Positions 11,380 through 25,632 of a DNA stretch of 64,000 bases are shown one piece after another; within the stretch, counting starts at the first letter, position 1; each line of letters starts with the position of its first letter. The DNA comes from Eledone cirrhosa. Taxonomy: Eukaryota. Under the pieces are notes generated by a model, which saw nothing but the letters and a program-made list of their open reading frames with translations, was not told where the DNA came from and made no database searches. Position numbers and translations under genes: made by a program. Location: contig OZ024754.1 in the NCBI GenBank assembly GCA_964016885.1, forward strand, positions 9,920,001 to 9,984,000, read 5' to 3'.

Positions 11380-11854
11380 TTTTCTTTATTAACCACAAGG
11401 GTTCACATAAAGTAGACATTAAGGACAGTACAGGACAATACAGGACGGTACAAATGGGCATTTCTGCGTGTAAAAAAACAGAGGTTGAAATAAAATAACA
11501 AAGAAAAATTCCCCAATAGGGGGGAGACTTCCAAGGGACATTTGTGGAGAAAGCCCATTAAAAGACCACAGTGGCCCTGACCACCAGGGCAAGTGCCCTC
11601 TCCCAGTTTTCCACCTTTAATTTACAGACACATACTCAGAGAAGGCCCATTCATTCGGGCCATACTTGCTTCTCTCACCCATCTTTCAACAAAATGCTGG
11701 GAAGAGAGCACTTCCCTCTCTACCCTGATTTTCCTTTTCAAATGAAATTTGAAAAAGTTAATCAGGGCATCACCGAAGAGGTAAGTGCTCGTCTTCAGCC
11801 CTTTCAAACGTGTCCACCATACTATCTCTTTCGCCATGGCCACCAGACAGACAA
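11379..11854 (-). mobile_element. 3' fragment of a Tx1/L1-like LINE (ORF2 C-terminus plus 3' UTR)
   Basis: The minus frame reads VCLVAMAKEIVWWTRLKG...FFKFHLKRKIRVEREVLSSQHFVERW, fitting an AKxxxWxxR...FxxxW pattern. The 3' end carries aataaagaaaa, and the fragment sits between (AAT)n tracts. Confidence 0.6.
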
Positions 11855-11869
11855 ATAATAATAATAATA

Positions 11870-12054
11870 ATTGTTTCTACTTTTTGGCACAAGGCCAGCA
11901 ATTATATCAGTGCATTGCTGGTACTTTATTTTATCGACCCCCGTAAGGATGAAGGGCAAAATTAACCTCAATGGTTGATGATGATGATGATGATGATGAT
12001 GAAAATAATGATGATATTAATGATTTCTTTATTAGCCACAGAGAGCTCACATTG

Positions 12055-12091
<37 letters not shown>

Positions 12092-12935
12092 TAGATGGAG
12101 ATGTTGAAGATAGAAAACTATAGTTAGTTCTTTACAAAATCTCATCTGAGAATGTTTGATAAAAAAAACAACAACAACAACAACAGCAGTAGAAAGCTGG
12201 ATTGTAAAGCAACAAAACCATAATAATGATATGAATTATGGAAGAAGCCTTTTATTTGTTGCCTTGTCAGCAGACAAAGTGATTGTCAACAAGAACAACA
12301 GTTCATTACGATAGTTTCTTGACAAATTGAAACAACAACTTCAACAATGACTATTTCTAATTAAGGCACAAGGCCAGCAATTTAGGCAAAAGAGGAAAAA
12401 CAGATTGAAATATACCTCCCAGTGCATGACTGCTACTTTAATTTATCGACCCCTGGAAGGTTGAAAGTCAAAGTTAACCGTGGCAGGATTTGAATTCAGA
12501 ATATAAAGGACCGTAACTCTAATAATTGTTTCTACTTTTGGCACAAGGCCAGCAATAACCAGTGTATTACTGGTACTTTATTTTATCGACCCCTGGAAGG
12601 TTGAAAGTCACAGTTAACCGTGGCAGGATTTGAACTCGTAAAAGACCGTGGCAGGATTTGAACTCGTAAAGGACATAAAGGGCTGTAACTCTAATAATAA
12701 TTGTTTATACTTTTGGCACAAGGCCAGCAATTCCCCCCATGCATTACTGGTACTTTATTTTATTGGCCCCGTAAGGATGAAAAGCAAAGTTAACCTCGGT
12801 GAGATTTGAAGTCAGATCATAAAGGGCCGTAACTCTATGCAGCAAAGCATGGCTTCTGACCTTCTACAGATACTGCCAATCCACCTTTAGGTACAAGGCC
12901 AACAATTTTGAGTGAGGGGAAAGTCAGTTACATAG

Positions 12936-12989
<54 letters not shown>

Positions 12990-13810
12990 AAACAGACAGA
13001 AAGACATTTCTAATTTAGATACAGGGCTGATTAGATACAGTGGTGTTGTGAGGAGGGAATGGTCAATTACATCAACCTCAGTACATGACTGGTACTTCAT
13101 TTTAGCAACTCTGTAGGGATGATAGGTAAAGTTAACTGCAGCAGGATTTGAACTCAGAAACCTCAAATAACCACAAGAAATTCCACAAGACATTTTGTTT
13201 GATACTCCAACAATTCTACCAATCAACTGTACTTAATAATTATTTCTACTTTCGGCACAAGGCCAGCAATTACCCCAGTGCATTACTGGTACTTTATTTT
13301 ATCGACCCCCGTAAGGATAAAAGGCAAAGTTAGCCTCGGCGGGATTTGAACTCAGGCCGTAAAGGGACGTAACTCTGTGCTGCAAAGCATGCTGTCCGAC
13401 CCTCTACTGATACTGCCAATCCATTCGTTATAATAACTGTTTCTACTTTCGGCACAAGGCCAGCAATTACCCCAGTACATTACTGGTACTTTATTTTATC
13501 GACCCCGTAAGGATAAAAGGCAAAGTTAACCTCGGCGGGATTTGAACTCAGGCCGTAAAGGGACGTAACTCTGTGCTGCAAGACCCTCTACCGATACTGC
13601 CAATCCATTCGTTATAATAACTGTTTCTACTTTCGGCACAAGGCCAGCAATTACCCCAGTACATTATTGGTACTTTATTCTATCGACCCCGTAAGGATGA
13701 AAGGCAAAGTTAACCTCGGGTGGGATTTGAACTCAGGCCGCAAAGGGACGTAACTCTGTGCTGCAAAGCATAGTGTTCGACCTTCTACCGATACTGCCAA
13801 TCCACCGCCC
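11870..13810 (-). mobile_element. Cluster of about 8 co-oriented SINE B copies or fragments, including a head-to-tail trimer at 13241-13810
   Basis: tttctacttt(t/c)ggcacaaggccagcaa...gtactttattttatcgacccc...aaggatgaaaggcaaagtt or diverged versions start near 11870, 12352, 12524, 12700, 13020, 13241, 13437 and 13621. Confidence 0.85.
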
Positions 13811-15544
13811 TGTACTTAATAATAATTATCTCCTACATAGGATCATGGCTAGATAAGTAGGAGCAGCAGGGGGATTGCTGAAGAACTTGACCCCAGTATT
13901 TAACTGGTAATTTATTGACCCCCCCCTTAGAAAGAGGAGAGGTAAAGTTAACTATGATGGGATCGGAACTCAGAATGTAATGACACAGTATTTGGTTCAA
14001 TGTCTTACTGACTTTGTTGATGATGATGATGGTGGTCATAATGATGGTGATGGTGGTGATGATGGTGATGGTGGTGGTGATGGTGGGGATGGTGATGGTG
14101 GTGATGATGGTGGTGATGGTGATGGTGGGGATGGTGATGATGGTGATGATGATGATGATGGTGATGGTGGTGATGGTGGGGATGGTGGGGATGGTGATGG
14201 TGGTGATGATGGTGGTGATGGGCGATAATGATGGTGATGGTGGTGATGATGGTGATGATGGTGGTGATGGTGATGATGGTGATGGTGATGATGATGGTGA
14301 TGGTGGTGGTGATGATGATGGTGATGATGGTGATGATGATGGTGGTGATGATGATGATGGTGGTGATGGTGAGGATGGTGATGATGGTGATGATGGTGGT
14401 GATGGTGATGATGGTGACGATGGTAATGGTGATGATGGTGATGATGATGGTGGTGATGATGATGGTGGTGATGGTGAGGATGGTGATGATGGTGATGATG
14501 GTGGCGATGGTGATGATGGTGATGATGGTGGCGATGGTGATGATGGTGGCGATGGTGATGATGGTGGCGATGGTGATGATGGTGATGCTGGTGATGATGA
14601 TGGTGGTGATGATGGTGGTGATGGTGATGATGATGGTGATGGTGATGATGGTAATGGTGATGAAGGTAATGGTGATGATGATGGTGGTGATGATGATGGT
14701 GGTGATGGTGATGGTGGTAATGGTGATGATGGTAATGGTGATGATGATGGTGATGATGATGGTGGTGATGATGGTGATGATGATGGTGGTGAGGGTGGTG
14801 ATGGTAAAAGTAATAATAGCAACAACCAGACAGTTTTAAACATTAATGTAGCTAAATAGATTTTATTGTTTCGTTTTCTTTTTTTTTGTTTCACAGTGGA
14901 AGAAGAGAAAGAAAAGCGGTACCGAAAATTGCGTTAAAGCAGACCAAACGTAGAAGAACGGTCTGTTGTCTTCACACCATGGAAACTTCATGGGTGAAAC
15001 AGATCGATTCTGACACTTAGCAGCATTTCGTAAATCAAAGTAAACCATTACGTAATAGAACAGTCTTGGAAATAACTACGAAGCAAGAGCCATGTTTACT
15101 GATATCACGAAATTACCATATATAGTCAGTCCCCTCGTTAATGTCCTCCCATCATCATCATCATCAACATCATTATCAACATCATCAACAACAAGAATAA
15201 CAGCAGTAGTAATATAATATCTATTTTTCACACTTGCCTGAGTTAATCGGTAGAAGTTTACTGAAGTGTAAGTTTTCATCATTGAATGCACACCTAATGT
15301 CAACCATTTTGGTGGAAAATAGAACCTATGGCGTGGAAACTATCCTGCCCAAATATAGAGAGTTTTGTCTGTTTAATTCTATGACCCTTTTGCCACTCAC
15401 CACTTTATTCAGATAACCAGTAGAAAAACGACTGTAAAATGGCAAGACAAACTCTGCTTTCTCATAAACCCTTCTTTCCTATTTCACAAAGTGCTTCAGC
15501 TATCCTTCTTAATTGCTTCTCAGTTAGATAAAATGGAGTTTTCG

Positions 15545-16480
15545 TTTACATACATTTGTAAATACATCTGTATACATACATACAAACATATAAACATGTG
15601 TATACACATATACATATATATATAGACATACATTTGTAAATATATCTGTATACAAACATACATACATTTGTAAATACATCTGTATACATACATACATTTG
15701 TAAATACATCTGTATACATACATACAAACATATAAACATGTGTATACACATATACATACATTTGTAAATACATCTGTATACATACATATATTTGTAAATA
15801 CATCTGTATACATACATACATTTGTAAATACATCTGTATACATACATACAAACATATAAACATGTGTATACACATATACATACATTTGTAAATATATCTG
15901 TATACATACATACATTTGTAAATACATCTGTATACATACATACAAACATATAAACATGTGTATACACATATACATATATTTGTAAATACATCTGTATACA
16001 TACATATATTTGTAAATACATCTGTATACATACATACAAACATATAAACATATGTATACACATATACATACATTTGTAAATACATCTGTATACATACATA
16101 TATTTGTAAATACATCTGTATACAAACATATAAACATATGTATACACATATACATACATTTGTAAATATATCTGTATACATACATACATTTGTAAATACA
16201 TCTGTATACATACATACAAACATATAAACATGTGTATACACATATACATACATTTGTAAATATATCTGTATACATACATACATTTGTAAATACATCTGTA
16301 TACATACATATATTTGTAAATACATCTGTATACATACATACAAACATATAAACATGTGTATACACATATACATACATACATACATATATATACATACATT
16401 TGTAAATACATCTGTATGCATGCATACATACAAACAGCTGTAAATACATGTGTATACACATATAAATAGGTATGTATGTA
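15545..16480. repeat. Compound AT-rich minisatellite (catttgtaaatacatctgtata... units)
   Basis: Direct tandem repetition. Confidence 0.9.
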
Positions 16481-16657
16481 TGTATACACATATACATACA
16501 TATGTAAATTCACCTGTATGCATGCATACACACAGATATGACATATGTGCATGCATGCAGATATATTAATGGCTTCAGCTGAGCTGTTACATCAGAGAGA
16601 GAGAGGGAGGGGGAGAGAGAGGGGGGGAGAGAGAGGGGGGGAGAGAGAGGGAGAAAG

Positions 16658-16692
<35 letters not shown>

Positions 16693-16747
16693 AAGAGATA
16701 GAGAGAAAGAGATAGAGAGAAAGAGAAAGAAAGAAAGAGAGAGAGAA

Positions 16748-16798
<51 letters not shown>

Positions 16799-17657
16799 TG
16801 TAACCAGCATTGATCTAAATGAAAAAGAATGAAAATAAAATAAAATAAAATAAAATGCAAAACTTGAAATAAAATGAAATTGAGTTCAGAAGCAAACTAC
16901 TTTTGAAATTATAACTAAGCCAAAAATGAACATGTTTCTAAGTTCTTCTGTAAAAACATATTAACAAGTGACATCTGAGAGAGCATACCAATTTTATACA
17001 GCATATGCCATGTATCTCAGATCTTAATTAACAAGACTCTTATTCCAAAATACCTCATTTAAATGTATTTTCGATAAAAATTTCAAATATACAAAATAAT
17101 TTCTAAATATACGACAAAATTTCTAAATTTAAAAAAAAAAAAAAAAATTGAATTCTTCCAGTCAATGAAGTTGGAATTTTATTTTCATTTAGTTTAGTTT
17201 ATTTTCCAATACACATTCCTGAGTATTTCTAGTGTCCAATTTATCATACATTCTTCCAAGAAAATATACAAGTACTTAATGAGCTAATTGGGCTCTAAAA
17301 TAAACTTATAATGCTAGTTAGCTAGCTCCCCCCCCCCCCCTGCCTCTACCTCTCTTTAAACATACACCACACCACACCATACATACAAGCTCACTCAAGA
17401 TGGTTTCCGAAAATCTTTTATACAAAATAACGAAGGCTATTAGCTATCAAGAAATATGTACCATTGAGAAAAGAACCATTCGGATTTGAGTGAAATTCTC
17501 ATGAAAACATCTTGCAGTGGATGTGGGGACAGATAATTCTTGTAACATATTGCTATGCCAAGACAACATGAAGATAGAGTTTGTAGATATAGTAAAAACA
17601 AACTTTCATTCGATAAACATGGGTTAATCATCTGCTTGAGGCAGAAAGAGCCACAGC

Positions 17658-17845
17658 AGGCACATGGATGGCCTAGTGGTAAGGGTGTTGGACTTGTGAT
17701 CATAAGGTTGTGGGTTCAATTCCTAGACTATGTTGAATGTTGTGTTCTTGAGCAAAACACTTCATTTTATGTTACTCCAGTATACTAAGCTGAAAATGAG
17801 TACCAGCAATAGCTGGGGGGTTTAACCCTGCGATGAACTTGGGTC
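17658..17845 (+). mobile_element. Older diverged tRNA/CORE-like SINE, family D
   Basis: tggcctagtggtaag (A box), gggttcaattcc (B box), cttgagcaaaacact, then gctgaaaatgagtaccagcaatagctggg...aaccctgcgatg. The reverse complement of its 3' part is at 55640-55705. Confidence 0.7.
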
Positions 17846-18744
17846 ATGTCCCCAGAAGTTGACCATGGCAGGATTTGAACTCAGAACAAATACAGCAAGT
17901 TATTGGTTTGGAAAGTGTTCGACCCCAGAAGTTGACCATGACAGAATTTGAACTCAGAATAGAAAGAGTCACCAACAAATACAACAAGGTATTAGTCAGG
18001 TATTTGTCTGCCATTCTGACAATTCCAATAATTCAGCACCCAACACTAAGAAATAGTAATCCAAAGAGCTGATGTGAGATCTCTGTATTGTTGGAGAACA
18101 AAACAATTTCTCATTTGAAAAATGTCATAATATAACATTATCTTCATCCCTTTTCCATGAACAGGACTAGACAAGATATCTTTCACTATTCTAAGATACT
18201 AAAAGCTTAAGACATAGCCTGGTCTATTTCAAAGTATGTATTTGAAATGTTAATTACCGTTCTAGGGATATAGAATAAATCCTCTATAGGTTAGAAGAGA
18301 TGAATGAGATGAAGGATTTGGTGTCTTCAAATATAACAAAACATTAATCATATAGGATCTGAGGGATAAAAAGGGGCTGAGTGATGCGAGATGTAAGCCA
18401 GATCGATAGGGCTGTGTGGAAAAATACACTGTTTTGTAAACATCTCCAACTAACGCCAATATAGATAAATGGATATTAAATTGAAGATGGGGATGGCGTT
18501 GTTAACGGTGATGACAATGGGAGTTGAAGATCATAATATTGATCCTGTTTTGAGATGGTGAGTAAGGTACAATTGACAATATGGTAAGAGATTCCCAAGC
18601 TTATATATGACAAGTACATTATGTGAAGTCTGTGTTATGTGAAGTATGTGCTATGTGAAGCTAATGCTGTGTATGATAAAGTGTGCATTGTGTGTCTGAT
18701 GAAAAATGCATATGGAATGTAAGAACTGAGCAATATATGGAGTT

Positions 18745-19600
18745 TATGTAATGTGTGTGTTATATAGAGTGTATATTGTGGTGTGTATGGAATGTGTGTT
18801 ATGTAGAGTGTATATTGTGGTGTGTATGTAATGTGTGTTTTATGTGGAGTGTATATTGTGGTGTGTATGTAATGTGTGTGTTATGTGGAGTATATATTGT
18901 GGTGTGTATGTAATGTGTGTGTTATGTGGTGTGTATGTAATGTGTGTGTTATGTGGTGTGTATGTAATGTGTGTGTTATGTGGAGTGTATAATGTGGTGT
19001 GTATGTAATGTGTGTGTTATGTGGTGTGTATGTAATGTGTGTGTTATGTGGTGTGTATGTAATGTGTGTGTTATGTGGAGTGTATAATGTGGTGTGTATG
19101 TAATGTGTGTGTTATGTGGTGTGTATGTAATGTGTGTGTTATGTGGAGTGTATATTGTGGTGTGTGTTATGTGGTGTGTATGTAATGTGTGTGTTATGTG
19201 GAGTGTATAATGTGGTGTGTATGTAATGTGTGTGTTATGTGGAGTGTATATTGTGGTGTGTATGTAATGTGTGTGTTATGTGGTGTGTATGTAATGTGTG
19301 TGTTATGTGGAGTGTATATTGTGGTGTGTATGTAATGTGTGTGTTATGTGGTGTGTATGTAATGTGTGTGTTATGTGGAGTGTATATTGTGGTGTGTATG
19401 TAATGTGTGTGTTATGTGGTGTGTATGTAATGTGTGTGTTATGTGGAGTGTATATTGTGGTGTGTATGTAATGTGTGTGTTATGTGGTGTGTATGTAATG
19501 TGTGTGTTATGTGGAATGTATAATGTGGTGTGTCTGTAATGTGTGTGTTATGTGGTGTGTATGTAATGTGTGTGTGTATTATGTGCTGTGTATGTAATGT
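18745..19600. repeat. GT-rich minisatellite (gtggtgtgtatgtaatgtgtgtgttat units)
   Basis: Direct tandem repetition. Confidence 0.9.
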
Positions 19601-19776
19601 AAATGTTATGTGTGGAGTGGAGGTTGTATGTTATATAGAGTATATGTTGTGTGTGTGTTTTAAATGGGGTGTATATTGTGTGTTATATAACATGCCCAAT
19701 TTCCCTCTCTAAGCTTGGGTCATCCAGAACCTCAAAATTATGAAGTACCCTTTTTAACCATTTGGCCATGCTAATG

Positions 19777-20130
19777 TTATCTACCAGATAGATCACTTAA
19801 CAGCTATCTACCAGATAGTCACTTAACAGCTATCTACCAGATAGTCACTTAACAGCTATCTACCAGATAGATCACTTAACAGCTATCTACCAGATAGATC
19901 ACTTAACAGCTATCTACCAGATAGATCACTTAACAGCTATCTACCAGATAGATCACTTAACAGTTATCTACCAGATAGATCACTTAACAGTTATCTACCA
20001 GATAGATCACTTAACAGTTATCTACCAGATAGATCACTTAACAGTTATCTACCAGATAGATCACTTAACAGTTATCTACCAGATAGTCACTTAACAGTTA
20101 TCTACCAGATAGTCACTTAACAGTTATCTA
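19777..20130. repeat. 26/27-bp minisatellite, about 12-13 copies
   Basis: Unit tatctaccagatagatcacttaacag(c/t), containing the mini-palindrome ctatct-acc-agatag. Confidence 0.95.
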
Positions 20131-20314
20131 ACTAATCTCTGTAGCATTTGAACTCATAACATAAAGGGATGTAACTCTATACTGTGAAAGGTTGTTCGTT
20201 AATTTACTGATTACAGCTAATCCACTGCCGTACCAACAATGATAATATTTGTTAGCACCACTATAAGGTAGACTATATTAATTAATTTTGTTTTAATTAT
20301 TTTTTTTTCATAAG

Positions 20315-20970
20315 ATAGTTTGTGGAAGGAAATGTTAGATTCATGTAGCAGTGTTAATATTAGACTCATGTAGCAGTGTTAAGATAGTTTGAGGAAGAAA
20401 ACTCAAACTTATGTAGCAGTCTTGAGGTAGTTTGTGAAAGAGAACTGTTATATTCATGTAGCTGTGTTAATATTAGACTCATGTAGCAGTCTTGTGGTAG
20501 TTTGTGGAAGAGAACTGTTATATTCATGTAGCTGTGTTAATATTAGACTCATGTAGCAGTCTTGAGGTAGTTTGAGGAAGGAAACTATTAGACTCATGTG
20601 GCAATCTTGAGGTAGTTTGTGGAAGGAAACTATAAGATACATGTAGCAGTCTTGAGGTAGTTTGAGGAAGGAAACTATTAGACTCATGTGGCAATCTTGA
20701 GGTAGTTTGTGGAAGGAAACTATAAGATACATGTAGCAGTCTTGCGGTAGTTTGTGGAAGGAAACTATTAGACTCATGTAGCAGTCTTGAGGTAGTTTGA
20801 GGAAGGAAACTATAAGATACATGTAGCAGTCTTGTGGTAGTTTGGGAAAGAAAACTATTAGACTCAAGTAGCTGTCTTAAGATTCATGTAGCTTCATAAT
20901 ATTAGACACATGTAGCAAACTTGAGGTGGTTTGAGGAAGGAAACTCTATTAGATTCATGCAGCTGTCTTA
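20315..20970. repeat. 45-bp minisatellite with degenerate edges
   Basis: Unit catgtagcagtcttgaggtagtttg(a/t)ggaaggaaactat(t/a)aga. Confidence 0.9.
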
Positions 20971-22155
20971 AGCAATAAAATAATCAATTGATGGGTTGTT
21001 CTTTCACACAATAGGAACTAGGAGATATTAATTTCTCCCAGAGTGACTTCAGAGTGAATCCCCTCATCTCAAACGGTTCCTTAACTTGGAAATATTCCAA
21101 ATTTTGCTTACTTAAACTAAAGATTTGTACTTACATTTAATCTGAAGATGCTGACATACTATACATATATATATATATATTATTTTTATTTATTGTTTTC
21201 ATTTTCTTCTTAGTTTTTATGAAGTTCTTGCATACAATTGCCAGTAATTTGAGTCAAAACAAAAATATGTCTGAAGTTAAGAAAACTTACAGCTGCTCGA
21301 ATTAAGTCTGCCGATAATCAAATAAACGCCAGCTTTGGTCAAAGTGTGGAGCAGAAACCACTAAAGAGGAGTCACTCTATAACGTAGCAAGTCAAATAAA
21401 TAACAACTATATATAATTCCTAAAGACATGTATAAACATAGTGTATATATATATTATATACACATAGTATATACACATACTGTATACATATAGTGTATAC
21501 ATATAGTGTATATATGTAGTGTACATATGTACTGTGTACATATGTACTGTGTATATGTAGTGTGTATATGTAGTGTATATAAGCAGTGTATATATGTAGT
21601 GTATAAACATAGTATATATACAGTGTATACATGCAGTGTAGTGTAGTGTACATATGTAGTGTATTAACATAGTATATATACACACTATGTGTATACATGC
21701 AGCGTAGTGTATATATATATATATAGTGTATAAATATAGTATATATACACACAGTGTATACATGTTGTGTAGTGTACATATGTAGTGTATAAACATAGTA
21801 TATATATATACAGTGTATACATGCAGTGTAGTGTATATATATATACACATAGTGTATACATGCAGTGTAGTGTACATATGTAGTGTATAAACATAGTATA
21901 TATACACATAGTGTATACATGCAGTGTAGTGTATATATGTAGTGTGTTATATGTGTGTAGATATAGTATACACACACACTAGTACAAACACATCAAACTT
22001 TCTTTCCCCCTTTTCTATATAAAGCGTGAAACTAATAAGACTTTTTGTACCTGTTTGTTGTCTCCTTGAACTATATATGAGTGTGTGTATCTATATGTGT
22101 GTGTGTGTGTATCTATGTATGTGTATATATGTGTGTGTGGATATAACATATATAT

Positions 22156-22650
22156 GGTGGCACATGGCTTAGTGGTTAGAGCATTGGCCTTGCAATCGAA
22201 AGGTTGTGAGTTCAATTCTCAGACCGGGTGATGTGTTGTTTCCTTGAGCAAGACACTTTATTTCACATTGCTCCAGTTTACTCAGCTGTAGAAATGAGAT
22301 GATAGGGACCCCAGTCCCTATTTCACATTGCTCCAGTTTACTCAGCTGTAGAAATGAGATGATAGGGACCCCAGTCCCTATTTCACATTGCTCCAGTTTA
22401 CTCAGCTGTAGAAATGGGATGATAGGGACCCCAGTCCCTATTTCACATTGCTCCAGTTTACTCAGCTGTAGAAATGAGATGATAGGGACCCCAGTCCCTA
22501 TCATTCCACTGCAAAGTGGTCGTGGAGGTCCCACGGCAAAAAAGCACCCAGCACTCACTGTAAATGAGGTTGGTGTTAGGAAGGGCATCCAGCTGTAGAA
22601 ATCAAGCCAGAATCAGTTCCCGTCCCACCCTTGCAAGCAGGGAAAAGCGG
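22156..22650 (+). mobile_element. SINE A carrying an internal 60-bp segment in 4 tandem copies
   Basis: Head and tail match the other SINE A copies. 22259-22498 is 4 x tatttcacattgctccagtttactcagctgtagaaatgagatgatagggaccccagtccc. Confidence 0.9.
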
Positions 22651-23111
22651 TGATATCATCATCATCATCGTTTAACGTCTACCTTCCACGCTAGCATGGG
22701 TTAGACTATATATATATCATCATCATCATCATCATCATCGTTTAACGTCCATGTTCCACGCTTGCATGGGTTTGGACGGGAGTTTTCCCACTTGAGGCAA
22801 GAGTGGTTGTCTGGCGGGTTTTCTACAGCTGGATGGCCTTCCTAACACCAATATATATATATATAAACAAATATACAAATGTATACCAACATATATATAT
22901 ATATATATATATATACAAAACACACACACACACATATATATATATATACAAATATATGTACGTAAGTATGTATGCATGTATGTATATATGAAGAGATAAC
23001 AACTACCTGTCCACACACACACACACATATGTATGAACATATGTACCTATGTATGAAATCACAACCTTTCGATTGCAAGCCTACTGCTCTAACCACTAAG
23101 CGATGCGCCTT

Positions 23112-23174
<63 letters not shown>

Positions 23175-23409
23175 GTATATATGTATGTACGTATGTATGA
23201 AGAGATATACATACATATATGTGTATATATATCTATATATATATATATACATACACATATATGTATGTAAGTATGTATGTATGTAAGTATGTATGAAGAG
23301 ATAACCACACACACACACACACAACCACATAAACAAACAGAAACACACACACATATATACACACACATATATGTATGTAAGTATGTACGCATGTATGAAG
23401 AGATAACCA

Positions 23410-24817
23410 CACACACACACAACCACATAAACACATACAAACACACATCAAACACATACAAACACACACAAACACAAACACACACAACCACATACAAATA
23501 CACACAAACACTCACAAACACACACAAACACACACAAACACACACAACCACACACAACCACACACAAACACACACAAACACACAAACACACACAAACACA
23601 CACAAACACACACAAACACATACAAACACACACAAACACACACAACCACATACAAACACACAAACACACACAAACACATACAAACACATACAAACACATA
23701 CAAACACACACAACCACACACAACCACACACAACCACATACAAACACACAAACAAACACACACAAACACACACAACCACACACAAACACACACAAACACA
23801 CACAACCAGACACAAACACATACAAACACACAACCACACACAACCACACACAAACACATACAAACACACACAACCACACACAAACACACACAACCACACA
23901 CAAACACACACAAACACATACAAACACACATAAACCCACACAAACACATACAAACGCACACAAACACACACAACCACACACAAACACACACAACCATATA
24001 CAAACACACACAAACACACACAAACACACACAAACACACACAACCACACACAACCACACACAAACACACACAAACACACACAACCACACACAAACACACA
24101 CAAACACATACAAACACACAAACACACAAACACACACAAACACACACAACCACACACAACCACACACACACAAACACATACAAACACACACAACCACATA
24201 CAAACACACACAACCACATACAAACACACACAACCACACACAAACACACACAACCACACACAACCACACACAAACACACACACAACCACACACAACAACA
24301 CACAAACACATACAAACACACACAACCACACACAAACACATACAAACACACACAACCACATAAACACACAAACAAACACACACAACCACACACAAACACA
24401 TACAACCACACACAACCACACACAACCATATACAAACACACAAACAAACACACACAAACACACACAAACACACACACAACCACACACAACCACACACAAA
24501 CACACACAAACACATACAAACACACACAACCACACACAACCACACACAACCACATACAAACACAAACACACACAAACACATACAAACACATACAAACACA
24601 CAAACACACACAAACACATACAAACACATACAAACACACACAAACACACACAAATACACACAACCACACACAAACACATACAAACACATACAAACACGCA
24701 TAAACCCACACAAACACATACAAACACACACAAACACACACAACCACACACAAACACACACAACCATATACAAACACACACAAACACACACAACCACACA
24801 CAAACACATACAAACAC
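23410..24817. repeat. (CAAACACACA)n-type AC-rich satellite
   Basis: Degenerate repeat with a period of about 10 bp. Other AC/GT-rich arrays lie at 430-890, 31025-31810, 34100-34785, 42500-42830 and 59860-60710. Confidence 0.95.
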
Positions 24818-25132
24818 ATTGTTTCTAAAGACGAAACAATATTTGCCGAGAAATGTTATTTACTTCAAGTTTCTGAAGCTCAGCTTCTCTGGTCAGACAT
24901 TTTCTTCTACTCCTTGTAATTTGTAATACTTTAAGTAATACAATTCCAAGTCAATCTCTTTATACAAACATACACACATATGTATATATATTAAGACATT
25001 AAATGATGATGATGATGTGTGTATGTATATGTATGAGTATATGTATGTGTATATATATATATATGTATATGTATATATGTATATATATGTATATATGTAT
25101 ATATATATATGTATATATACATGTATATATAA

Positions 25133-25349
25133 GTGTTTATATATACATATCAATTTCATCATTTAATGTCTAATATATGTGTGCGTATAATGTTTATACA
25201 TACATATATATACATATATAGATACATACATATACACACATATATGTATATATATATACATATACACACATACATATATATATACATATACACACATATA
25301 TGTATATATATATATACATATACACACACATATATATATATATTCATAT

Positions 25350-25403
<54 letters not shown>

Positions 25404-25432
25404 ATATATATATATGTGTGTATATATATATA

Positions 25433-25497
<65 letters not shown>

Positions 25498-25632
25498 GTG
25501 TGTATATATATATATGTGTATATATATATACACATATATATATACGCACATATATATATATGTATGTATAAACATTATATGCACACATATATTAGACATT
25601 AAATGATGAAATTGATATGTATATATAAACAC
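25133..25632. repeat. Palindrome of about 500 bp centred on a (TA)n tract
   Basis: The non-simple sequence gtgtttatatatacatatcaatttcatcatttaatgtctaatatatgtgtgc at 25133 recurs reverse-complemented, ending at 25632. Confidence 0.85.
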
